From Octopus vulgaris (taxonomy: Eukaryota): a stretch of DNA of 64,000 nt. Below, in pieces: positions 1 to 13,299 of this stretch. The stretch covers positions 63,364,001 to 63,428,000 of the forward strand of contig OX597823.1 in assembly GCA_951406725.2 (NCBI GenBank). The letters run 5' to 3'. A program made the translations under genes and the position numbers. Positions within the stretch are counted from its first letter, which is position 1, and each line of letters starts with the position of its first letter. The notes under the pieces were generated by a model, which worked only from the letters and a program-made list of their open reading frames with translations, ran no database searches and had not been told where the DNA came from.

Positions 1-270
1 AACGAAGATGCTTTGGACCAAAAGAGTCAAGTACATTGCGAGATCTGGGAATTGATATAAGCACCAAAGCTCATTTCACGTGCATTTTACCAAGATGGTG
101 GCAATGTACAGGCGAATGGCCGGATGGATTCTGAGAACTTTCAGAACAAGGGACCAGAAAACTATACTGGTTCTATGAAGAACATTTGACCTCAGCTATC
201 TGACCTGGAGTCACCCTACAGTGTCAAACTAATAGCGGGACTTGAGGCAGTTCAACGGTGCTTTACCAGG
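1..270 (+). mobile_element. CR1/L2-group LINE RT C-terminal fragment, degraded
   Basis: Translates (with stops and shifts) to LRDLGI..RMAGWILRTFRTRDQKTILVL..SVKLIAGLEAVQRCFT, collinear with ORF 25709..27004. Confidence 0.85.
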
Positions 271-414
271 AATTTCCGGATTTTAAAAGTTGGCGTTCTT
301 TTTATTGCCAACGAGGGACTGCGTCTGCGCAGTAGATTTTGAAAAAATTAGGATGTATAAACAAGAGGCACATAGTCGATCGCCTTGTGTTTTTTATACT
401 TAATCTAAGGTGTA

Positions 415-487
415 CCTGTTGAAGAAGATTTCACCTAGCGAATATTATTTATTTCCTAAACTAAAATCAGAAACCAATTGGTCCAGG
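415..487 (+). ncRNA. Type I hammerhead-like motif, C3U core variant
   Basis: CCUG-UUGAAGA-[GAUUU..AAAUC stem II]-GAA-ACCAAUUGGU-C-CAGG; stem I 4 bp, palindromic stem III, GUC site. Confidence 0.7.
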
Positions 488-728
488 AAACAAGATGGTA
501 AAATATTTTTATTTTGTCATTTCGTTCCTGTCGAATTTTATCCCTAATTTTTGTGGTTATGGAACCTAGCTGTTCTTTCTAGCATGTTGAATCCCACGAG
601 TGGATTCCTAATGTGTTTAAATGTACACTGTATTTTATGAGTAATACATAGACTTTGGACTAAATTTTTACGCGCTAGGCCACTGGAAGTGAAAATTTCT
701 ATTAATTTCCATTTCCCTTCAATATGAT

Positions 729-955
<227 letters not shown>

Positions 956-956
956 A

Positions 957-1173
957 TTGGTTTCAAATTTTGACACAAGGCCAGCAAGTTCCTGAGTTGA
1001 AGTAAGTCGATTACATTGTCCCCAGTGCTCAACTGCTATTTATTTTATCAACCTTTAAAGGATGAAAGGCAAAATCGATCTCAACAGCACTTGAACTCAG
1101 AGCGTAAAGTCAGAACAAATACCGCTTAGTATTTTTCCCGGCGCGGTAACGATTCTGCTAGCTTACCACCTTA
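957..1173 (-). mobile_element. tRNA-derived SINE family A, old copy
   Basis: Diverged match to 52368..52600 (aaggatgaaaggcaaa..tgaactcag..aacgattctgc). Confidence 0.8.
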
Positions 1174-1603
1174 TATACACACATACGAGTATTACACACA
1201 CATACGCATATAGATATATATTCTCCTATACATAGATATGTGTGTGTGTGATAAAAAGACAGACAGACGGGCAGGCATGATGGGAGACGCATAGAAGAGT
1301 TTACTCACAGGTGCAAGAGATTATCAAGGGTAAATCCATAGATAAGTACTGGATATATGCGCTCATATATACACTTATATAAACATTGATGTACACATTC
1401 GTATTCATATACAAACGCACGTATTACACAGGGAACGATGTATACATCCCCACATATATAAATATACGTGTGTATATGTATACATATATACAACCACAAA
1501 TACATATACATATGCATGCATATACATATAAATATATACATACATATACAAATATATATGTTTGTGTGTATTATATATATGTGAACATATATATGCATAT
1601 ATA

Positions 1604-1664
<61 letters not shown>

Positions 1665-1919
1665 ATAGTAATGCAATACGAGAGTATTGCTTTCCAGTAA
1701 AGGATAGCTCGTGAGGGTAAAATTATACATATAAAAGTAAATAAATGGCACAACGAAGCACCGATATTTACTGGAAAATAGCGAACGTAATAAATACGAC
1801 GCTAATGTATAGCTTCACTGCGTATATACAAGTAAAGATGCATGTGTGCAACAAACATGAAAAAAATTGTCTTACCTCTAGGAAGAACATCTGAAAAATG
1901 AAAAACCTAGAAACGGATA

Positions 1920-1991
1920 ATGCAGTACCGGTTTCAGATTCTTCAAAACACGTTTGCCAACGTATATTTGATTTATCTTCATCAGCTGCAT
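1920..1991 (-). ncRNA. Type I hammerhead ribozyme, canonical core
   Basis: AUGCAG-CUGAUGA-AGAU[hairpin]AUCU-GAA-ACCGGU-A-CUGCAU; perfect 6-bp stem I, palindromic stem III, GUA site. Confidence 0.85.
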
Positions 1992-2299
1992 ATACTTCGA
2001 CAATATTTCAAATGTTGCCACATCTATGCCAGTACACTCGTCTGAACGCCAAAACGTTAACAGAACGTTAACATCCATTTCACATACTCGTACATACATC
2101 TTTCACTTTCTCTCTTTCGCTTTCTTTTCTCACTTCAAAGCAAATGTTGCCTTTTCACTTACTCCTCTCTTGCAATTTCTGCTCTCTTCAAAGCATAAAT
2201 AAAGAAGTTTTACAGAAATTAACGACCATATGATTGAATTGACAACTTTGCTGCTTCAAACAAAAGAATGCTATAAAATAACTTCATTTGGCACGCGCG

Positions 2300-2372
<73 letters not shown>

Positions 2373-3279
2373 GCACAAACACACACTAGGAAAAACTTCT
2401 GTACGAATTATTTTATTCCTTGCTCTAAGCGTGCGCAAAATTACAGCTCAAATCCAATTGAAATGACCTTTTCTATTCTGTAATTTGTGCTTGTGATGAG
2501 CGTATTTAAAAACCTGATCTTCAATATAAACTTAAAAGGAAGTTTTCTCAGAAATCCTGTCCTTTACCTGTTGTTTCTAGCATGTCCAAGGTGACATTTG
2601 CTCACCCTACTTATATTTTCCTAATTTTTTTTCCGATTCCTGCTTTTGAGATTAGGATTTCGCCCAATAGACACGTTATCAACATTATAATTTTCTCTCA
2701 CCCCTCCCCAATTTCTTCATTTTTACTATTTTCCAAATTTTTTTCTTGGAAATCCATGGAAAAAAATACAGAGAGTACGAATCTTTAAGAATTTTCTTCC
2801 TTCTTAAAGAAACACTCAAATCTCTTTCCCAAGCATCCACCCATCACCTTATCACTTTCAAGAAGCTACAATGTTTCACTTTTATCCTTTTGGAAAGCGG
2901 GCAAGTTTCTTCAGAAATAATGTTTCTAGCATGTTGGGTTCTCTCTTGGTAGTCTGGTACTTTTTACGTCTGCTATTTCAGTATAATTATACGCATGCGT
3001 GAAACATTAGACGAAAGTAAAACATTGGGAGGTTTTAGCTTTTTGAAAGCGGGTAGGTGATAGGTTGGCGAGTTTGGGTAAGGGACATTGACTATTTCTT
3101 TAAGTAAACTTTAAAAAATATATATTTACCAGATTCGTAATCTCTATTTTTCTACGTAGATAAAAAAAAAAGATTCGAAAAAGTTACGAATTGGATACTA
3201 GTATCCATATAACAGTCAACCCCATAAATTTGACCTTAAAAATGGTCTAAATAATTTGACTTTTACAGGAGTCTATACA

Positions 3280-3330
<51 letters not shown>

Positions 3331-3362
3331 TATATATATATACATACATATATGCGACACTG

Positions 3363-3475
3363 CTCACAGGGCTTTGGTCGGCCCGACGCTATAGTAGAAG
3401 ACACTTGTACCACGCAGTGGGACTGAACCCGGAGCCAAATGGTTGGGAAGCAAGCTTCTTACCACACAGCCACAC
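3363..3475 (-). mobile_element. SINE family B head fragment
   Basis: Matches 27320..27435. Confidence 0.8.
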
Positions 3476-3727
3476 CAAGTGATGCTTAGTAGGGTCGAAC
3501 TGGAAACTGAGTTATAACGAAGGGAGCTTCTTTACCATACAACCATCCCTGCATCCATGGGATTCAACGAGGCGGAGTTAAAACAGAACTACTCGAACAG
3601 GGCTGACCCGGGAATTATATAAAATAAAAGATACAAACCAAAAACAAAAGAAACAGCAAAAGCGAACGTTAAAACACAAGGTGTTCGTCATGAGGATTGC
3701 TACAAATGTTTAACTGAAGGTGTGTGC

Positions 3728-3765
<38 letters not shown>

Positions 3766-3813
3766 ATGTGTGCGTGTGTATATATATATGTGTGTGTGTG
3801 TGCGTATGTGTGC

Positions 3814-3870
<57 letters not shown>

Positions 3871-4166
3871 GGTTGTGTTTGGGTAGAGATATTTAAAGTT
3901 TATGAATTCTGTGTTTCTACACGCATAGTTTGTAATTGCTTTTATATTGTTGACAAGCACTTTGTTGACTAGAATCTTGAATATGTGCATACAATCACTC
4001 ACACGTACACACACACACACATACATACGCAGGCACACACACAAAATACAAACACACACATTCACTCTTTCATATAATCACATGCACTCATATTAATAGA
4101 CGCCCACATAAAAACATCTCTGTCTATCGGTAGGTCGGTCTTTCTGGACATGTATATATGTGTGCT

Positions 4167-4211
<45 letters not shown>

Positions 4212-4214
4212 ATG

Positions 4215-4245
<31 letters not shown>

Positions 4246-4369
4246 ATCTGTGTTTATTACATTATTACAAAAGAAATACAAATACTCGCTCTTATGTCCC
4301 CACCACATATACATACATACATACGTATGAATACACGAATATATTTACATATATATACACATATATGTG

Positions 4370-4426
<57 letters not shown>

Positions 4427-5284
4427 ATATATACACATTCGCACATACCTTCAATACACACTTACCTTCCTTCTCACACAAGCACACACATAGGCATGTG
4501 CGTGCACATAGTCCCTCACGTAATTCACATCGTAAGAGGAAATATAAAACAACGGTATTACGCCTATAAACATGTCAGTGTGGTTTATTAAACTTATATG
4601 ACGTCTTTGGAGGAAGGCAATGAGATATAAAGATTAAGAACTCTGCGTGCTGAGCCTGCCAACGCGATTTCGATTTGCGGCTTATGCGCTAGAAGACCGG
4701 TTAAGATGTAAGTTTGTACGCTGTTCGGAAAGAGAAAAGAGTGAAAGGTAAAGGAAACCACTGGGAAAAATCATTTAAATACTATGAACAGTTAACGTAA
4801 TTAAACAAAAACATATTTCAAATCAGTTACTAACTAATATTTTCAACCAATTACTATAAGCACATAACTTATACACAATTTATATGTGACAAGGTCTTCG
4901 GCTGTCGCTATGTTGTCGGTAAAAATATTTGTTTATCATGCACGTACCTTCTTTTAACAGTGTATTGTTATATAATGAATTTAATAATAGACTGTTATAT
5001 AGTGAAAGTCTCGTTAGTTACTATGGTGACAACACTACCTATATGCCTATCTTTCGCACACACACATACACGCGCACGAACACACACAGAGTCATACCTG
5101 TGTGGGAAGAAGCTTGCTTCCCAACTACATGGTTCCGGATTCAAGCCTACTGCATGGCACTTGTCCTCAATGCAATGTAAGATCACTTGTCTACAATGCA
5201 ATATAAGGTACTTCCAATCCGTTCATGTCACGTATTCCCAATAAATGACTGAGTTCAATTTGTTGTTTCGTTATCCTTTATGTT

Positions 5285-5480
5285 TTACTTGTTTATTATT
5301 GATTGCGGCGATGCTGGAGCACCGTCTCGAAGAATATTTAATCGAACGAATTGACCCCACTATTTATTTTTTAAAAAAGTCTGGTACTTATTCAATCGAT
5401 TCCTTGTACCGAACCGCTAAGTTACAGGGACGTAAACACACCAACACTGATTGTCAAACGTTGGTGAAGCACAAATACAG
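5285..5480 (-). mobile_element. SINE family B 3' half
   Basis: Matches 27055..27250 (gctggagcaccg..gaaccgctaagt..aaacacacca). Confidence 0.75.
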
Positions 5481-5689
5481 CCATAGAGACACACACACAT
5501 ATAGATACACACACGCACACACACATACACACACATACACACACATGTATGTCAATGCAACACAGCACAGACTAAAAAAAGACTTTCACTATATAGATAG
5601 TCTTTTTGTGTGAGTGCGTCCGTGTGTTTCACCATAGAGATAACACAGCTCAAAATTTAACGAAGACTTTCGCTATAATGAGAGATTGT

Positions 5690-5975
5690 TGTTGTTGAGA
5701 GAAAAATTCAGTGAGAATGAGAGAGAGACAGAAAGAAAGAAGGAGAGAGAGTGAGAGTGAGAGAGAGAGTGAAAGATAGAGTCAAAATCTGTTTCAAGAA
5801 AAATAAGAGGTTGTTGTTGAGAAAGAAATACAGTGACACAGAGAGATAGAGAGAGAGAGAAGGAGAAAGAGAGGGAGAGAGATGGAGACAGAGAGAGTGT
5901 GAAATATAGAATCAAAATTTGCTTCAAGAAAAGTAAGAGGCTGTCGTTGTTGTTGAGAGAGAAATACAGAAAGAT
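5690..5975. repeat. Degenerate purine-rich tandem repeat, about 125-135 bp unit, just over 2 copies
   Basis: gttgttgaga..atagagtcaaaat..ttcaagaaaa.taagagg repeated. Confidence 0.75.
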
Positions 5976-5979
5976 AGAT

Positions 5980-6084
<105 letters not shown>

Positions 6085-6209
6085 AATGTGTTTGTATGAT
6101 TGTGTATAGAGGGATATATATTATTCAAAGAAATTCCAACTCTGTTTTTTATGTTTTATTTATATTCTTTATAATATTAATGTAAAATATAGAATATATA
6201 GTATAAATA

Positions 6210-6349
<140 letters not shown>

Positions 6350-6402
6350 AAATGAAATGAAGTATTGATTGAATAGATGAAGTATTGAATATAAAATATT
6401 AA

Positions 6403-6446
6403 GGGACTAGTATACTTTCTTGCATTATAGCAATCTTCAAGGTCCC
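6403..6446 (-). ncRNA. Type I hammerhead-like motif with one irregular nucleotide at the stem I/core junction
   Basis: GGGAC-C-UUGAAGA-UUGC[UAUAAU]GCAA-GAA-AGUAUACU-A-GUCCC. Confidence 0.65.
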
Positions 6447-6468
6447 AGGTTGGAATTTCTTTGAATAA

Positions 6469-6535
<67 letters not shown>

Positions 6536-6544
6536 AGAGAGAGA

Positions 6545-6588
<44 letters not shown>

Positions 6589-6604
6589 GTGAGTGAGTGA
6601 AAGA

Positions 6605-7125
6605 CAGGTAGTTTAAGTCAGGTAGAGAGGAGATGAAAGACGATGAAAGGTATGGAAGCGTGAGGATGGTCAGAACATCGGAGCTGGTTGAGAAGATTCA
6701 CAATTATCTGGTTGAAGACTGCCGTGTCTCTGTAAGAACAAAAAATGTTCAGCTTGTTGTTGGTGTGGCAACTACAGAAAATTATTCATGAAGATTTGAA
6801 ACGCACAAATATGTGTAAAGTTTGTTATCGGGGCGTCCCTGGTAACCAACTTTCAAAGCAGTACCTAGTTCCCTCTACAGTCCAGACTTTGATGTTTGTG
6901 ACGTTTGGTTGTTTCTCAAGCTGGAGGAGCATCTCAGGGGATAGTCGTTTTTGAAGACGAAGGAGGCTGTGACAAGGGTCCCAGATACTTCCACTTTGGA
7001 GGACTTCCATGCGGGCTTCCACGAATTGACTGGAGCGCAGCAATCGCATTGAAGTCGGGAGATCCTCCGTTGAAATTAATAAATGTCTCTCCCACAAAAA
7101 TCTAAAAACTTCTAGAATGCACCTT
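6605..7125 (+). mobile_element. mariner (DD34D) transposase remnant, internally deleted
   Basis: [27 protein letters not shown] (WVP-like), YSPDFDVCDVWLF (YSPDLAPxD-like). Confidence 0.85.
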
Positions 7126-7764
7126 GAACATTCCGGATATGAGTGAAACTTGAGCAGCTGTTTTGTTGTGTACTTGTCTTAGTTAACCTCGGGACAAATG
7201 ACAGACGTGAGAAATACGAAACTCAGAAACACACTAGCTTTGATTTCTCACAACAACATACGAAAGCAAAAAGACAAACATAAATACATGCATACGCACA
7301 CACATACATATATGCAAACTCATACACACACACACATACGCACAGATACATAAAATGTGTATATGCGTGTGTATGTGTCTAAATATATAGATACATATAT
7401 AAACATGTGCGTGCGTGCGTGTGTGATGTGTATCTATGCATATATTTATACGTGCAAAAAATACATAAAAATAAATGTACATGCAATCACACACACACAC
7501 ACACACAGATACACACACACACACACAGATACACACACACACAGATACACACACACACACACACAGATACACACACACATTGCATATTTATATTTGACTT
7601 TTTGCTTTCATATGTAGTTGTGAGAAATCAAAGCTAGTAGCAACGTACACACACACACACGCACACACATACACATCTGTTTGCGGCTGTCGCCATTACC
7701 TTTGATCTCTCACAGTTGTCTTAAAACGAAAGCAAATATACTCACACCCAAATAATCATGAAAA

Positions 7765-7882
7765 TGTGTGCCATTGTTCAGTTTTATTTCAAGATTTCTT
7801 GCCAACAGAGAAAGAGTCGGTTTCTAACCTAGATTCAAGGCTCCTTCATTGGAATTTCAACATCAACAACAGAGTATTTTTG
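7765..7882 (-). mobile_element. Short repeat, probable 3' UTR of an R4/Dong-like element
   Basis: Reverse complement of 17088..17170; similar to 15310..15378, which follows an RLE ORF end. Confidence 0.55.
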
Positions 7883-7912
7883 TCTATACTATCTATCTAT
7901 CTATCTATCTAC

Positions 7913-8106
<194 letters not shown>

Positions 8107-8400
8107 CTATTTGTATTGTATGCAAATATTTATGCACGTATGTATATATGTTTGAGTGTGTATACAAACACACCCATGCACACACATCCATGCACGCACG
8201 CACACACACACACATACACACACACATAAACGTACGCATAGACAACAACTTTTCCTCACTATATATTTTTAAAATACAGTTGCTCGGGCAAAAATATAAA
8301 AACAAAAAAAGCAAACCTAAATCAAACAAGAAAAGTCATGTTTTAATTCTCTTTCTCACATACACTCTCTCTGTTCATCTATATACATACACACACACAC

Positions 8401-8473
<73 letters not shown>

Positions 8474-8643
8474 AATAAAGAATAACTTTTAATCAATTCA
8501 ATAATGAAAAATTAAATTATACCATCTAGAAAAATTAGAAAAATTTTTCTAATATGTATATGTATTTATATTATATTTTGGGAAATTTGATTTAGTATTT
8601 CTAAATTGAATTTTTCCCTGTAAGTTTGGAATAATACTACCTC

Positions 8644-8682
<39 letters not shown>

Positions 8683-8705
8683 AAGTAGTTAAGTCTATGT
8701 CCAGT

Positions 8706-8773
8706 CATAGAATGACCAACGGTTTCGTATCCACAAAGGGCTTCTCCTCGTGAACGTCTCCTCAGACTCTATA
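8706..8773 (-). ncRNA. Type I hammerhead ribozyme, canonical core, extended stem I
   Basis: UAUAGAGU-CUGAGGA-G[GUUCACGAGG/CUUUGUGGAU]C-GAA-ACC(GUU)GGU-C-AUUCUAUG; stem I continues UCUAUGUCC/GGACAUAGA after an internal loop. Confidence 0.8.
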
Positions 8774-8967
8774 AAGCCGGACATAGAATTTCTGACTCGA
8801 GTCAAACCTTAAAGTCATGCTTTCAATTCTCTTTCTCTCATACACTCTCTCTTTTCATACGCATGTATGTATGTATTCACAATTTAGGTTATTTGAAATA
8901 TGTTTGTCACATATTTCAACTAACCTAAATCGTGATTATACGTAAACACTGCTTAGTGCCATTACTC

Positions 8968-9005
<38 letters not shown>

Positions 9006-9040
9006 TTATATATATTTGTATATATCTATATCTATATATG

Positions 9041-9137
9041 CCTGGTCATAGAGTGATCAATGGTTTTGCGTCCACAAAGGGCTTCGCCTCGGGAACGTCC
9101 TCTCGTACCCTAAAGCCGGACAGAGACTTAACTACTT
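9041..9137 (-). ncRNA. Decayed second copy of the 8706 hammerhead
   Basis: Direct repeat of 8701..8790; stem I UAGGGU/ACUCUA retained, core mutated (ACGAGAG, AAAAC). Confidence 0.65.
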
Positions 9138-9167
9138 ATAAATACATTACTGTACTATGTTTTAGAG

Positions 9168-10708
9168 CAGGGTTTCACAAACCTTTCGCGCCAAAGTGCA
9201 ATACCGCCCATCTATCGGCCAAAAAATGCTCCATCGCCCACCTGTGTAAAAAAACCCTGACACAACACCCAACACAAAATTCCCTAGGCGTCTCCCCCGC
9301 GTATCATTTGACACATACACTATATCGTAGACTCATTGCCCTGTAAGTGCCGTTTGTACTAAATATGCGGTTGTTTACATATCCTTTATTGTGGGTTTAG
9401 TTTTGCCATTAGTGTGAATAAAATTCTAACGTTAACTCTATATTATGCAGACAGATTAACTTGCGCTTTCTTTTACATTGATTTTCATTTTCTCCAAATG
9501 AACCATTGATCAGAACTACCGATGCCAAAATAATTAATGATTGTATTATTATGGAAAGAGGAATAAAACTTTTTTAATGAGAACCATGTGTCTGGTGCGA
9601 TGCAGCTAGTGCAGATACATTCGGTTTCAAACCTGTCTACTTTAGCCGCAAGTCTCTTCGTTATATCACATCCAGTCCAATTCATTTATGAGAAAATAAA
9701 GTTCCAGCGTGTTTAAAACCAGATTTAACAAGGTATGAGCTAGGGAGAGCAAGCAAAAGTAATTTCAAATGTTTCCACAGACTGCGGTAGGAATTCAATA
9801 TACTCTGATGGTACCACAAAAACCTTTGCCATTACGGCGATATCGCATTGTGGCGTCATTGTCACTTTGTAATTCTATCAATTCCTACTGAACATCATCC
9901 TTGCAACTGAATGCATCGATCTCAAACGGATTGCTATACCAATTTGGAATAATCGCTCTACCATGTTATCGTGCAATGATTGTAAATAGTTGCGATATGT
10001 AGTTAAATTCTCATCAACTAATTCATCTTTCAAAGAATCAAGTTGTGGAAATTGATGGAAGTGACGTTTTGAAATGTTAGTCTTAAACAACACCAATTTT
10101 GAAATGAAGGAAGTGATAAATGATTTACAATCAACGAGAGTTTTTCTGTTTCCTTGCAATAACTTATTCAAATCATTTAATTTTGTGAATATATCACAAA
10201 GAAAAAAGATATCGCACCGTGCAGCCATCAATGAAGCGGATACGGGAGTATCTTCAAAGAAAGATATGATTATATGAAACAGTTCAACAAAGCGTAAAAC
10301 ACAGTTTCGTTTTGACAGCCATCGCACTTCCGTATGGTATAAGAGTTAAGTATGGTCCTCATAATTTTTCATGATGATCGGACAAGGGACTGGACTTCAA
10401 TTTGTTCACAGTCATGATATTTAACTGTAGCGCACCATTCAACCTACCGTTCATATTTTTTACCACTAAATGCTACCAGTGTGCCAAGCAATGAACAGTT
10501 AGTATCTGGTGGGAAATTTCATGCTGTAGGAGAGATTAAAAACCTCTGTATCTTCCTATCATCGAAGGGGCTGCTCCATCAGATGCCCAGGCAAGAATAT
10601 TACTGAGTGGAAAATTATGTTCAAAAAGGAAAGACATGAAAGTGTGAAAAATAGTTGCACCTCTTGAATCAAGCGGCAATTTCTCAGTGAACAGCATTTC
10701 CTCACAAG

Positions 10709-10712
<4 letters not shown>
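9168..10712 (-). mobile_element. hAT (Charlie/Buster-type) transposon, degraded, one end visible
   Basis: TIR-like CAGGGTTTCACAAACC after TTTTAGAG; SDGAAPSMIG, VHCLAH, EVRWLSK, CDIFTKLNDLNKLLQG. Confidence 0.88.
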
Positions 10713-10744
<32 letters not shown>

Positions 10745-10747
<3 letters not shown>

Positions 10748-11050
10748 TCATCATCTTCATCATCGTTTAACGTCCGCTTCCATTGCCGGCATGGGTTGGA
10801 CGGGTTGACTGATGACTGGCGAGCCAGATGTCTGCACCAGGCTCCAATCTGATCTGGCAGAGTTTATACAGCCGGATGCCCTTCCTAACGCCAACCAGTC
10901 CGAGAGGGTAGTGGGTGCTTTTACGTGCCACCAGCACGAGGGCCAGTCGAGCGGTACTGGCAACGGCCACGATCGAATGTTGTTTTTCACGTGCCACCGG
11001 CACAAGTGCCAGTAAGGCGACGCTGGTAACGATCACACTCGAATGCTGCT
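10745..11050 (-). mobile_element. SINE-like family C with (GAT)n tail
   Basis: catcatcgtttaacgtccgct..ggatgcccttcctaacgccaacc; second copy at 38360..38568. Confidence 0.8.
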
Positions 11051-11169
11051 TTTATTATATATATATATTTACATATTCATGATGTGAAAGGTATTGAGGG
11101 CAGATAATTATTAGTACATTAATCTCTTCAAACAAATTAAAAAGGTTTCTTTTTCTTTCAGATTCCCTA

Positions 11170-12190
11170 TGGCGGCTAAAATGCTAACACAAGAAATGAA
11201 AAGGCGTACTGTCATTGCTACCCTATGTGTGGGGAACACAGAGATTTAGAAATGGCCAACTTTCTAAATGCTGCAAGATATTTTGCACTAAAAGTTTAGA
11301 CGGAATTGTAAGTATCTGGCGGGAATGTTTCAAATATATCAGAGAGAAAAGAACATTCTAAACGTTTGGCCACTAGTGGGACACTGCAATTCATCCAACG
11401 GGTTTAAAACATTACCGATGACAATCCCAGAAAATCAATGATGGCCATCACCATAGAACTTCAGATATCGAAGTGAACTATTAGTACTGAGGTAGACGAG
11501 GACATGTCATATAAGTCTTACATACTGAGAGGTCAGTTCATGTCTGCAGAAACTCAGGAACACCGTTTGATCTCTACCAAGCGATTACTTAAGAAGGTTA
11601 AAACGCTTAAGAACATGGTGTACTTTGGTTCATTTTTGACGAGAAAATCTTCGATCAAGACCAAAGGCCTAACAGGGAAGCGACAAATTGTTATGAGCAA
11701 CTCTTATGTAATGTCCCCAAATTAATGCACATTAAGTTTCCAGAAGCTTAATGGTTTTAAGAGTGGTAGGTAATGAAGGTCTTGTTACGTTGCCTCACAT
11801 ATTTGCACAGAGTCTTAGTAATAATGCTGCTGCGTACGTTGAGTTACTGGACACAGTTGTAAAGCCCTGGATGGACGAAGTATGCTGTGGATGGACAGAT
11901 TTATTTTAACAAGACTCAACACCTTCTCACAGAGCCCACGTAGCCCAAAAAATGACTCAGATAATCTTTACGATCAGGTGGCATCAAAATTGCTGCCTCT
12001 AAACACGCTAGAGTTAAATCCGGTTGTTGAAAGCGAGACCAATTAAAATTCTAACTAAACCATAGCGTCACTAAAGGCTGCAATTGTCCAGGTGTTGTCT
12101 GAAATGAATTAGGGCTATTTGGTGCAGGTATGCCAATCATTCGATTCCTGAACTGAAGCATTCATCAAAGCTGAAGGCTAATCAAATATT
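11170..12190 (+). mobile_element. Tc1/mariner superfamily, DD37D (maT-like) transposase pseudogene
   Basis: FDEKIFDQD, VGNEGLVTLPHIF, VVKPWMDEV, QDSTPSH, LELNP, IKAEG, with many stops. Confidence 0.8.
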
Positions 12191-12501
12191 ATCGAGAACA
12201 TATGTTCAAGTTTTTATTAAGAAAATAGATTTTTTTTCTTTTAGAGTTGTTTTATTAAACTAGCAAATATATCCTCAAATACCTCTCGCATTCTCTACGA
12301 GTGTGTGCGCGCGCGTGTATGTGTGTTTGTATGTATACATGTATGTATATATATGCATATGTCTATATGTATATATATATATATATATATATGTGTGTAT
12401 ACATATATGTATATATATATATATATGTATGTGTGCGTGTGTATGTATGTGGTGTATGTGTAGATATATATATTTATATGTACAGACAGACAGACAGATA
12501 G

Positions 12502-12532
<31 letters not shown>

Positions 12533-12537
12533 GATAT

Positions 12538-12596
<59 letters not shown>

Positions 12597-13299
12597 CACA
12601 GGCACACGTATCCGTATGTGTGTGTGTCTATGTATTCATAAAAGATAAAAAGTGAATATTATTCAATTGTATCAACACCAACTGACGGAAACTCAAGAAG
12701 TGACCAAGTACAACGCTTATGGAATACATACTTACACGCAAAGGAGGTGTGGGTTCGTGTCCCACGAGGAACTTACGACTGATTCTATACAAATGGGTTT
12801 TTCAACCCAAAATTTACATGCTATTATTCATATCTCTCTGCGTGTGCTTCGAGATATTCCAAGAGTAGAATAAGTTCACGTTTGTCTCAAAAGTTTATAA
12901 TTTTTTTAAAATGTCAACAGCATGCAATTATCGCTGGTAAGAATAAATTCTTTAAAATGGATTGCGTAACTTGAAGGATTGCTTTCGTATAATGGTAGGA
13001 CTCCTGTTATCATTTATTAAGGTTATCTCTACAGATATTCTATAGAACTTATAGCCAGCACTGATTTTTGTTGCGACGTTTTGTAAACAAACAACGAGAT
13101 CTCATCTTCATCTTCATCTTCATCTTCATCTTCATCTTAGATCTCATTATTTGTTTACCTCTGACGTCTAGGGTACGAAACGTCGCAACAAAAATCAGTG
13201 CTGGCTATAGGTTCTACAGAATAACTGTAGAGATAACCTTAGCAAATGATGTAAAACGCACTGCTAACACATCAGGATACGATATTGACTTATAAAAAC

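Noticed and set aside
1876-1890. 15-nt microexon-like segment on - (tttttcag|ATGTTCTTCCTAGAG|gtaaga)
   Set aside because: Good splice signals, but it lies 30 nt from a probable pLTR hammerhead and such matches arise by chance; needs RNA-seq
4590-4720. Possible terminal exon on - after a strong pyrimidine tract
   Set aside because: Peptide not recognised, and a competing + strand donor is present; unsupported
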